DNA from: Proteromonas lacertae
Taxonomy: Eukaryota
Assembly: GCA_002245135.1 (NCBI GenBank)
Contig: NGBS01000909.1
Coordinates: 1-41,908, forward strand
DNA length: 41,908 nt
Direction: 5' to 3'
In this document: one piece after another, positions 12,804 to 24,508 of the stretch
Position numbering within the stretch: position 1 is the first letter of the stretch
Layout of the letters: each line of letters begins with the position of its first letter
Position numbers and translations under genes: made by a program
The notes under the pieces: model-generated
The model's database searches: none
The model's input: only the letters and a program-made list of their open reading frames with translations
Told to the model about the DNA's origin: nothing

Positions 12804-14707
12804 TTAAACATAAAGACCAAGTAAACCATCACTACCTCCACTCAAAATCATATTTTTCTCAGGAATACAACCTAAACAATGAATTGATTCACTTCCTTTA
12901 AACGAATGATTCTATTTATTGATAATTATATATATATATATATATATATACAGGAATTGTATTAATAATTTTATGAGTATCTAAAGAAATTGTTTTAACT
13001 GTTCGATCATGACTACACACACATAAAGTATTTGAATCACATTGAATTATACTATTCACATATATATATATGATATATATATATATAAATACTCTGTTGT
13101 TGGTCCAATATTAAGTTGATCAGTCTCTACATGCTCACCACAGGTCCAATCAAACCAACGAATTGCTCCATCTTCATAACATCCAATTGTCATTTCATTC
13201 ACATTTATTAAACTATATAATCGTTTATATTTCTCATTCAAATCTTTCGCTTTAATTGTTATATTGATTTTACCACTTTTTAAATTACAGCAATATATAT
13301 TTCCTTCTACATCACCAATTATAAAATCAGAAGCATTTTTATCATTGAAAAAATCACCACAACATACTACCGTATTAAATTTATAGATTTTCAACAATTC
13401 TATCTCATTTTCTTTATTCTCCCATATTTTTACACTTTTATCACTGCTTATCGTCATAAATATATTATTGTAATTATTACTTCTCATACACCAAATGGCA
13501 TCTTCATGTCCATCAATCTTCTTATCAGCAAAATGATATCGCGTTGGTATTTCTTCAGTCAATATATGATTACTAGGAGGTAACTTCCATCGAATAATTT
13601 TACCACTTATATCACTACTATATGGTATTCCATTCACAAAACAATTACTATATACTGCGTATTGATGACCTCGATAACTAAGCAATGGAGTACCTGCATC
13701 TTTACCTCTACGGAAGTTTTCAACTTTCCATAATTTTACTACACAATCATCTCCACCGGAGAGGATATAACATACTTCATTATTTTCATAAAAACTAATA
13801 CATCTTACTGTATCTAAATGATTGCTTAAATTCATATATACTTGACCTCTGAAATTCATTATTGGACCACTATTACTGTTTTCATTCTCTTCAAATATAG
13901 ATGAATCAGGTTTTGGTAATTTTGGTATAGGAGGAGAATCTATTGATATTATATTGGGAATGGAATTAGAATCATTTTCATTAAATAATTCATTTTCATT
14001 AAACATATTTTCATTATTATTATTATTATTATTCATTATTCCACCTGATAATCTTTGTTTATTATTTCTATTTCTTGAAGGTGTGAAATCTTTGATTAGA
14101 TTTGGATTCATTAGTCTTTTATAAGTAGTTGTACATTTTATATCATCTAAACAGTTGAATTTGTTCAATATGTCTAATAATTTACTGTTGTTGTCTTGTA
14201 CCATTTGTACACTATTTAATTATAAGTATAATATATATACATTCTATCGATTTGAGTATTGTTCAATTCTACATCACCATATTTGGAATTTACTAGTTCA
14301 ATTTCCAGCTGAGTTTTTTTCTCGTTCACTTCTTCAAGGTTTGCTTCTAAATCCTATTATATCGATATATTAACACTAGATACTTTTATTCTACCAACTA
14401 ATGCTTCATTTTCCTTTTTTACTTGTTCTATTTCATTATTTTTTCTAGTAAATGAATGTAGAAATATATACCCTTTCCTTATTACCATTGTTTTGAAAAA
14501 TGCTTGGTCTGCTTTATGCTCACTCTCACGCACTATCACTGAACGATTATTTAACAATTCTCTACAATTACATAATTAAATAATATACGAGGGAGGATCA
14601 AATTGGGGAAGAGGAACTCCTGTTAATTCATCATCTGATCCTTCTCCAGCATCTTGCATGGGATCGTTGAAAAACCCCAATTTATCATTGACCTCTTTGT
14701 TTGACAT
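12804..14707 (-). CDS. STRN: Striatin-family protein (coiled coil plus WD40)
   Basis: Coiled coil ENEALVGRIKDLEANL resembles striatin DLVRRIKMLEYAL; WD40 LSNHLDTVR..., PLLSYRGH, GHEDAIW; C-terminus ESIHCL...SGGSDGLLGLYV*; about 6 introns. Confidence 0.75.
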
Positions 14708-14799
14708 TCAGAAAAAAACAAAAAAATTTAAAGAATCGAACTTACTCAAGCATTTCAAAAATACATCATTTTTTGTATTTTAAATATCTAACCATACAG

Positions 14800-16151
14800 A
14801 TGGAGACAGAGGAAAACATTAATGGACAAAAAGTATACTCATAAATACATATTTAAAAATTAATAGAATAGTGGAGTAGATGAAGGTTTAAACAAAAATA
14901 ATAACATATTGAAAACTGTTAATAAATATTTGCAGTCTAGTTCAGATAGTACTGCACCTGCAAATGCTCCTAAAGAAATTCCAAAAAGTGTAGAAATGTT
15001 CTCATTAGATGATTACGCTGTATTAGGATATGATATTATAAAAATATTATAGAAAAAGGCAAAGCAACAAGAAAGAAACAACAGAAATAGAGGTGGAAGA
15101 AATTTCAATCCATATCAAAACAACAGAAGAAACAACAATCAAAATAGAGGTCCTTATCAAAAGAATCAACGTAATTTCCAACAGAGGAATCAAAGAAATC
15201 AACAAAATCAGCTAAAACAACTAATATTTTTACCTTGTATATTAACACATTATTTATATCAAAATATTAGTTGTTTTTACTCCAATGGAAGTTAATTGGT
15301 ATAATTCCTCACAGTATATTACTAATATATTGTATATACAATAGTCCTGTAGTAAAATGTGAAGCTGTTAAAACATTACCAGATGGTTTTCAATTATCTG
15401 TATAATATTTTATTTTTTTAATATTTAATAATTAGAATTACTTCTATGAACAATCAGAACTTGATCGATTGAACAATGAAAGAATCAAATTTGATAAAAT
15501 CGAACCAAAAAAATACAATTTCCTAAGAAATTACTGCAATCCTTATGAAACTCTGAGTAAAGGATCAAATGTAAGTAGATCAGCATTGAAGTTTATTGAA
15601 ATTAATAATTCAATAAGATATCTATCAAATGCGGTGAAAGGATTATCCTGTTTTCATATATTTACAGATGCAGGTGGAATATTAAATTACTATTATGAAG
15701 TATGTAAAAGCTACAATGTTCCAATAGCTTGCTATGGTTTGTGTTTGAATATAATGGAGAACAGTGAATGGGATGTGAAGAATGTCAGTAAATATTTAAA
15801 TGAAACAAGATTATTCAAAATGTTAAAAAGTGATAGTAATGATACAAATATATTGATGAAATATAATAGAGAATTTTTTATTAAAACAGTTTTAGGTGAT
15901 TTTCCTGAAGGAATTTATTTATTTGAAGCTGATGGTGAATATACTGGGAATTCAAATGAAAATAGCGATTTATCTATATTTAAACAATTATGTAGTGAAA
16001 TTGTTATAGGATGTAGTATTTTATCTAAAAGTGGTATTATGATTATAAAGGTAATTGGATGTAGAAATTTACCATTTATTTCTTTATTACATTTGTTATC
16101 TTCAATGTTTGATGAGATTTCTATCGTTAAACCACATTCTAGTAGACCTGC

Positions 16152-16194
<43 letters not shown>

Positions 16195-16508
16195 TGGAAT
16201 TATTCATGATATTGAAAGGTTATAACAATAAAAATAACGATTTAATTAGTGAAATTGACAATATTATTGATTCATTACCTTCACTAGTTTTTCCAGGTGA
16301 AAAATATCCAATTGAATCGCTTGAAAATATTGAAATTTTGTTACAAGATACAAAATATGTGGAATTTATTAAGAGTGTAAATGATAAATGCTTAAAAAGA
16401 GAAGCAGATATGTGTCAGTTGATTAATGAGCAGAATGTTGAACAAAAACCAGTAGAAAGATTATCTGAAGATCAAAAGAAAGAAATTTTAAAATCTTGGG
16501 GATTGTAA
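14800..16508 (+). CDS. CMTR1: Cap-specific mRNA 2'-O-methyltransferase (CMTR1-like, FtsJ fold) with N/Q/R-rich N-terminus
   Basis: NPYE...SRSALK, FEADG, IIKV and KPHSSRPASME supply the K-D-K-E tetrad after removing intron 16155-16192; several further short introns in the 5' part. Confidence 0.75.
16155..16192 (+). repeat. Intron consisting solely of G(TA)18G
   Basis: Its removal restores SSRPA-S-ME in the CMTR frame. Confidence 0.85.
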
Positions 16509-16911
16509 CATGTAGTAACAGTCTATATTATAATAATATTACTAAAATTTGATTTGATGGGATAATTTCAATCATTTTCTTATTTTATATCTGCATTCAT
16601 ATCTTAAAAATGTATATAAATGTAATTGTTTGTAAAATAAATTTGATTACGAAGAGAAAATGAAATACTTTCAAAATAGATTTAAATTTTAAAATAAAGA
16701 ATTATCAAATAAATTTTCTAATGTTAAATAATTAATCATAATCCCTTTATTATTTATAGATTTAAAAAATATTTTTTAGTTATACTCACTAAATTTGACA
16801 GTTCGTATATGTTTATCGAATCTTATGATTATTAATCCATAACATACCTTAATTATCATGTTTACACCATTTTCTAACAATCAAACCATCAAGCTTTTTC
16901 AATAATTATAA

Positions 16912-17468
16912 ATGCTAAATTCAGTTAGAAAACTCCCATTTAGAAATGCATTCAATATGTGTAAAAGATCTTTCACTGAAGCAGTTGGAGATGATGCATA
17001 TTCAGCAGATTTAAGTCCAAATCGTAGAGTAACAGTGAAGAATGTATATTTTAAACATTATATCTTAGTTTAATGGAACTGTGTTAATTAATATTCGACA
17101 ATACTACAAGAAGGAGTATGTACATTACTTTTATTGATTGAAATAGTGATAATGGTCCAATAATGGCAAGCAAAAAAGGTATTGCTTTAACTCTTGAACA
17201 ATGGGAACAGTTAATGACAGTCAGTGCTGAGATAACAAGTACAGCACGTGAATTAGCAAAATCTCTTCCAGATCAACCAAAATCTGGTACAGTATTTAAT
17301 CCAAAAGCCTACCAACCCAATGGCAATCAAAATTCACCACAAGGATCATATAACTATCAAAACAGAAATTATTATCAAAATAATGGTCAACAAGGAAGAC
17401 CACAACAAGCATTATCACCAGATCAACCAGCTGAACAAGCAAAAAATACATTTAAAGGATCATTTTAA
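16912..17468 (+). CDS. PC4/Sub1-fold ssDNA-binding protein with a putative mitochondrial presequence (166 aa, 3 exons)
   Basis: Introns 17044-17068 and 17116-17146 give ...DLSPNRRVTVKNFNGTVLINIRQYYKKDDNGPIMASKKGIALTLEQWEQL..., the PC4 signature. Confidence 0.85.
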
Positions 17469-17605
17469 TTGTAATTGTTGTGATTCTTTTAAATTTTCTT
17501 TTTTGGTAAGAACAATAACAACATTATATTTATAAACAGAAACAGAAAGAAAATATACAGATTATTATTTACTATTACTATACTTTATATAAATTCATTC
17601 ATTTT

Positions 17606-19529
17606 TTATAATCCACTTTGAACCATAGCAATAACATGTTCCACACCAACTTTTATATCATTAAAAACATTAACTCCATATCTACATGCTACATCTCTCA
17701 AATAGGCACGAGATCTATTCAAATCTTTCAATTCTCTTGATGATACTCTACATCCTTCTATTAAACTTCCTTCTTCAATATCTTTAATAACTAAAACAAT
17801 GGTTCTATGTGACACAATAATTTCAGTAACTTCAATCATAGAACTCAATGCTCTAGTAGTCTCATCAATAACAAAAAACAAAATATGAGCCATATCTTTA
17901 GCTTCAGTTTCTATTTCTATTAAATCTGGAGTCCATTCATCAACTTGTGGATTATAATAACTAATTCCAGCTTCTTCAAACATAGGAATAGCTATATCTT
18001 TTCTCCAAGTTGTTGGATTACATGAACCACCTAAAAATACAGCACATCCTTTTGAACCTTCACTTTCTTTAAATCTTAATTCTTTGAAAAAAGATAGTGT
18101 TGAATATTTATATAAATGTTTTGCTGCATATTGTATCCATGTGGATGCTAAACCTAATTGTGCTGGCGTAATTACATATTTTGATTGATTAGATATAAAT
18201 CTTTTCATACTATCATATTTATCTTTAAATTCAGGAAAATAGACTTTTTCAGCAGTTTCAAGAAACCTTATTACAAATGTAGTCATACATATATTCTCTG
18301 TTAAGTTTTTTTCTTCTTCACATCGAGTATCTAATTCTTTACTTTTATATAAATCAGATTCAATATTTTCTATATCAACTCCCAGTATATTACATATATC
18401 ATCTATTAATTCAAAATATAATTCTGTTTCATTTTCATTCTCATCATTCTCATCCTTATTATCACTTTTACTTTCAATTTTCCCTTCACATTTCTTACTC
18501 TCTTCATTTGATTTATCAGTGTATGGTTTAGAATATTGCATTAGTGTAGAATAAACAGGAATATCAGTTAATAATTTCTCACAGGAATATCTATAAAAAG
18601 GACCAAAAGAGACAGATATCTTATATTCATCCAATCCAAACCCAATTGTCGGAATTAGATCCGTTTCAGTTATATAATATATTAGTGTAGGAATTAATAC
18701 ACCATTATGACTGAATAAAATTTGTTTTGTTTTATAATTCAAACAACATCCAATTACATCATCTTTATTCCACGAATGATATTTAAAATATCCAATTTTT
18801 GTACCATTTCTATAAATACTTCCATCAGAAAAGAAACCATAACTATTATCAATTAGCCCAGGATGTATTGTAAAAGGATGACTATATTTACCTAAACCAA
18901 ATGATAAAACATCACCGCCTATTTTTTCAATTTTCATTTCAAAATAATTGGTTGAATAATCTTCAGGCTTTTTTAAATCTCTTTCTGGATATGGAGATCT
19001 TGTCTATTTGTATATAATAATAATAATAATAATAAAATATACTTGTGATGTTCGAATTGTGTTTGATTTTGAACATTCTATTGATAGTTTATCTTGTGAT
19101 ATATTTAAACCACTACTAGAACTATTGAAATCTAGTTCAATGTGTGTATTGATTGGCGGTATAATGCCGCATGCTCCATGTGATGGACAATCACAATATA
19201 TATATCCTTCTTTCATTGGTGAGAGATTGTGACCTGAATGACAGACTGATGCACATATTGCACATAACACAGTTTCACCAACTATATTGCACGTATAACA
19301 TTCAAAATATGGTTGTTTTACCCATGAATTTTCTGTTCTATGATAAGTACAAACTAATCTATCTTCAGTCATCCTAAAAGACTGTGAAACTATTGCTATT
19401 CCTTTGGTTATATCAGATTCTTGCTTCTACGAATTATATATACTTCAACTATACATTAATTACAGCAGCTAATGATCTTCTTTCAGCATTCAGAATACCA
19501 TCTTTGTTACTCCTTGCAGGACGACTCAT
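17606..19529 (-). CDS. UBR-box zinc finger - SPRY - nucleoside 2-deoxyribosyltransferase-like (Raw/OLRN-1 type) fusion
   Basis: UBR box CTY...QPYFECYTC...LCAICASVCHSGH...YCDC; SPRY YFEMKI...FGLG...PG...SYGF...DVIGCC...FSHNG...LIPTIG; NDT-like VFLGGSCNPTTWRKDIAIP...YYNPQVDEW...FVID..TRALSSMIE. Two introns (about 19429-19463 and 19004-19042) join them in frame. Confidence 0.85.
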
Positions 19530-19646
19530 CAGGTATTAAAACTAATTAATTGACGTTTTCTGTTGTTTAATTTGAAAAAACAGCCAGTTTAACAAACCCT
19601 CATTCGAGCCAATCTAAATCTTTTTAACTTGAAATTTTACGTAAAT

Positions 19647-20791
19647 ATGGATACACCGCCTGATATTCCACCAAATCCATTTATAATTAAAGACATACGT
19701 GAATTAACAGCAATACCCGCATTGCCTAAAGTTGATTCTAAACCTTTTTTCGACATTCCAATAAACTTCAGTGCTATAGAGCAAGAAAACGTATTAATGA
19801 ATCATATTGTAATATTTATGAATAGGCTGATGACCTTGAGGAATCTATTTTTTCTTTAGAACCTGTGACTAACTGCATAAAAGCAGAAAAAAATCTGTAT
19901 TGCTTTTATATAATATCATAAAATAGCGTAATATCAGAATTTGAAGAATATCAATATCTTAGTCACTTAGCCAATGGTCAATATGGTGAAATATTTCGAG
20001 CATATAACACAGTAACCAAACTAACGTGTGTAATAAAGGAATATAATAAAACGAAGGTGTTGAAACACTCAAAATCTGACAATCCTTTATTGGAACTATA
20101 TATATCACATGAACTAGATGGTCATCCAAATATCATTCATTTTTTCACAGTTCTCAATTGTGAACGATTTTTTTACGGTGTATTTGAAAATGGTCTTCAA
20201 ACATTGCTTGATTATACAGATGCTCCTTATCCAATCAAATTGGAGATATTCAAACGGTTTATGGAAGGAGTAGATTATATGCATAGTAAAGGATATTGTC
20301 ATAGAGATATATCAATAGAAAATATAGTAATAATTGTAGAAGAAACAACTAAAAAACCAATTCCAAAAATCATCGATTTTGGTGTAACATGGAGAATAGA
20401 AGATGGAAATGTATTGAAAGATGATATTAAAGGCAAAATGTCATATATTCCTCCTGAGGCTTATCGATGTGATGCAATGGGATATAACCCTATTGCTGGT
20501 GATATATGGTCTTGTGGAATAGTGATGTATCAATTCATGTTAGGCATAACTCCATTTCCATCAGCTGCAGTGGGTGATGCTGGTTATGAGGAATTTGCTA
20601 GTACTTATGCAACAAGACAACTTATTAGTGGATATACGATGGACCCATATCTAGTTGGTATAAATCATATATAATTTTTTAATTGATTTATAGATTTGAT
20701 GTATAAGATGCTGAATCCTAGCCCATTAGATCGACCTACTGCTCATCAAGTATTACTACATGATTGTTTGAAAAATATTATTATAGAGTAG
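19647..20791 (+). CDS. Ser/Thr protein kinase (CAMK-like, stramenopile type)
   Basis: ANGQYG, VIK, HRDISIEN, DFG, YIPPE and DIWSCG all intact; three introns; TAG at 20789-20791. Confidence 0.9.
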
Positions 20792-21053
20792 TATGTAATT
20801 AGATTTTACCCGTGTTACTATTTTTTTTATATATTATACATATATATTATAGAGTAAATATTAAGTTTTAATATAATATTATTATAATTGCCTATTGTTT
20901 ACTTCTGGTTAAGATTGAAGATTAATTTTTGTTATTCTTCGTTGTATTAAATAAATTGTCAGAAAATAATAAATATGATACACAATAATAATAATAAAAA
21001 CTGGTTTTAATTGAAAATATACAGAAATATGTTAATTAATAATAAACTAAAAT

Positions 21054-22076
21054 TTACATAGTACTCTCAGAAGAACAACTAATAGGTGATAGTTTTTTTC
21101 TAGATGAATAACCGTATCTAATCTTAATTTTGTTGATCAATTCTAAAAAATCATCATCTTTTGGTTTTACATTACCATAGTTATGATGATATGGTGCAGG
21201 TTTGTGTGTAAATATACGTCTAAATAATTTGTTACATAGTTTCTCTTCAGGTACCTTTATTCCATTATAGTGGATAAACATTGTTTTTTTAACATTTTCA
21301 TATCTTGAAATTGTAGTAACAAAATTTAATAACTCTGTTCTAAAACCTGAAACATGCGAATTATATAAAATATCTGTTGAACAAAAAGAAGTGAAAGCTT
21401 TAATCGAAACGGGGTGATTTGGAGATTGTAAAGGGTGATTAACAGCTATTGAAGATTCTAATTTGTAATATAAAGCAGGATTAAATGAAAATGTTTTAAA
21501 GAAATTAAGCATTTGATCCTGTTGATATTATATGAATATAAATATACTTTAAATATGAATAAATTACTAAATATTCCACTCATTGATAGTAACAAATAAA
21601 TTATATAACGATTATCGAAGTATAAAAACATACACACAAACTGGAAATAATCATCTAAGTATATACTTGCTAAAATGTATAGTAACTCAATATACGTGAA
21701 CAGAAATACTTTTCAATAAAGCTCTGAAACTTCACACTAAATCTTTCAATTAAGTCCTTCTTTGTAATCCATATGACACTAGAATTGTTTAACCATAAAT
21801 TAAGGAAGGACATTTCAATTTTATTTACATCATAATATGTTACTATAAGTTAGACGTTAAAATCAATACGAAAAAGAGCATTGGCAAATTGGAGGCTATT
21901 AATTGACAAATTAATTAGCAATCTACTATTAATTACAGAAGCGCTTCTTTTATAAGTCCCATAGGCTGATTTCTAAGAAATTAAGGAGCACAATATACCA
22001 GATCATCTAATGATGCACACTGAGTATCGTTACTACAGTAAAAACTAGGATACACCTGCTTAGCTCTAAAACTCAT
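21054..22076 (-). CDS. Hypothetical protein, paralog A (5 exons)
   Basis: ATG 22076 (MSFRAKQVYPS); four GTA..YAG introns give a continuous frame into the 21054 ORF; colinear with paralog B. Confidence 0.8.
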
Positions 22077-22948
22077 CTTTAAAAATTAACCAATAAAAAA
22101 AGAGCAAGTTTCAAGAAATGATTTTTCTGTTATAGCTTTGTAGTTGTTTTATAACTCTCTTGTTGTGTATTTACATCTAATTTGATTTATAATAACCGCC
22201 CTACCACCATAACTCTCCATAATTTCCTCTCATGACATAAAAACCACTAACTATTTTCTCGATCAATATTTATTACAAATTATAACTCTTCACTTTAATA
22301 GTTTTATGAGATAGTTTATTTTTTTTATCTTTGTGTCATTACGGACACAAACACAGGTAAATAATTTAAATAACAATATTATGTTACTATATTATATTCA
22401 TAGAGTATAATAACTAATATCTGATTGTATTTCTGTATGATACTTTAATTTCTATCTCCATTTCATAAAATAACTGAGTATATATGCAAACATCTCAATA
22501 ATAGCCATATCTTGATGATAGGCTAAATTCTGTAAATGTAGCTACTGTAACATGGTAAAGGATAATATTGTATTATACAATAATACCATTCATTTGACAC
22601 TGTCATTTGTGTATAACAGTTTCTAAATACTTCAATAAACTAAATGAAAGAACACTAAGCTTGAATAAAGCTTGTGATCCATCATTTTTAAAAATAAGCA
22701 ACTCCTTTAAACAGTCATCTATTCTGTATTATATGAGGAAATATTATTTACCGTTATGTATTACGTCTACTTACTCGGTTAAAGTCAACAAAATCATAAG
22801 AACAAGCAATATACGTAATTTTGAACAGCTTAAGTAAATATTCTACCAAATCAAAATATCAATATCAATAAAAAAATATATTAAAATTAAAAAATTGGAC
22901 GATATTGAAGCATTCAATAAATCGTTCATCCTAATAATGTAGTGAAAA

Positions 22949-23973
22949 TCAATTTTTGGGAGAATTATTTACATTAGAAACGTTTTGTCTGGAAGAATAT
23001 CCATACCTGCTCTTTATTTTCTTAATCAACTCTAAAAAGTCCTCTTCTTTAGGGTTTTCATTACTAAAATCATAATGATGTGGTGATGGCTTGTGTGTAA
23101 ATATGCATCTAACTAATTTACTACATAACCTCTCTGCTGGTATTTCAAAACCATTATAATGGCAATATATCCTAGCTTTGACGTTAGCATAATCATCAAA
23201 TGAACATATAAAATTCATTAATTCTGTTCTAAAAGATGAAATATGTGAATTATAAGAAGCATCTGTTTCACAAAAACAAGTAAATGTTTTAATTGATATG
23301 GAAGGGGCAGGAGACTTGGGTGTAATTGGGGAACGTTCATAATAAGTCGCAGTTTCTAATTTATTATACAAAGCTTTATCAAACGAAAACATATTGATGA
23401 AGTTAATGATTTGATCCTACAAATGTATATGATTATAATATAATACTTTAAATATAAATAAATTACTAAAAATTCCACTCATTGACAATAATAAGTGTAT
23501 TAAATGATTAGTGTCAAAAAATAGAAAAATACACATAAATTTGAAGTAATCATGGAAATATATTCTTGCTATTATGTATTATATCGCAATATACTTGAGC
23601 AAAAGAACTTTTCAATGAAACCATGAAACTTAGTACTTACTTTATCTATGAATTCAGTATACTCAATCCACGGCACATCAGAATTGTATATCCATAACTC
23701 AAGAAATGATAATTCAATTATATTTACATCATAGTAACATACTATAAGATAAATTCACAAAATCATACAGAATAGTGCTCTACAAAATTCAATATTACTG
23801 TCAGATAGTTTAATCAACAACTCTCTTTTCATGAAAGAACTGTCTTGCAAATATTTCTTGTAGGCTTTATTCTGCAAAATAAAAATTCTGAATACATAAG
23901 TAACTACTGACTCATTTAGTGTATCGTTTTTAAAACTTAGTGAAGGATATATCTGGACGCTTTTGTTACTCAT
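22949..23973 (-). CDS. Hypothetical protein, paralog B (5 exons)
   Basis: ATG 23973 (MSNKSVQIYPS); same four intron positions as paralog A; shared LLLSMSGIFSNLFIFK and FLELI.KIK.RYGYSSR. Confidence 0.8.
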
Positions 23974-24508
23974 TCACCCTAAAATAATGATGATAATATT
24001 TTAATATCTATTTTGAAATAGCCAATAAAATCTAAAATATCGATCTAATAAATAATATCACTTTTTTGACTGATATTTGGTTGCTATATAATGTGTCATA
24101 CAAAAAGTCATCTCTAGGAGATTTATTTTCTATGTAACACTTGCCAGTAAGTCTCAGCGCTTTAGATTTACTAAAATAAAGGATAGACTAATGTTATCAG
24201 CTGTAAGCAATTTTTGTAACAAATAATCACTGCTGAATAAGTTAAAATTATTAGTCTAATTATTAGACTATAATATAATCTCTTACTTTTAGTATTTTGC
24301 ATTTTGAGTTTATAATAATCCTTAAAATGAGTTATAAAAAAAGGCTTATTGATAGACATATATAGATCACGCTATATTTTTTCTAAAATATTAACATATA
24401 TTATATGTTTTAGTTAGCAGGAAAATGTCTTTTGCAGTATATATACTTGAAATAAAAATAAGCTTGACAATAAGCTTGAAATCAAAAATAAATCATAAAA
24501 ACTCCAAA

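Noticed and set aside
22607..22837. 76-aa plus-strand ORF
   Set aside because: TTG start, no recognisable motif, and it overlaps the regulatory-like motif
24425..24508. N-terminal extension of Hsp70 as a signal or targeting peptide
   Set aside because: It overlaps the paired AGCTTGA motif seen in other promoters, so it is more likely untranslated upstream sequence
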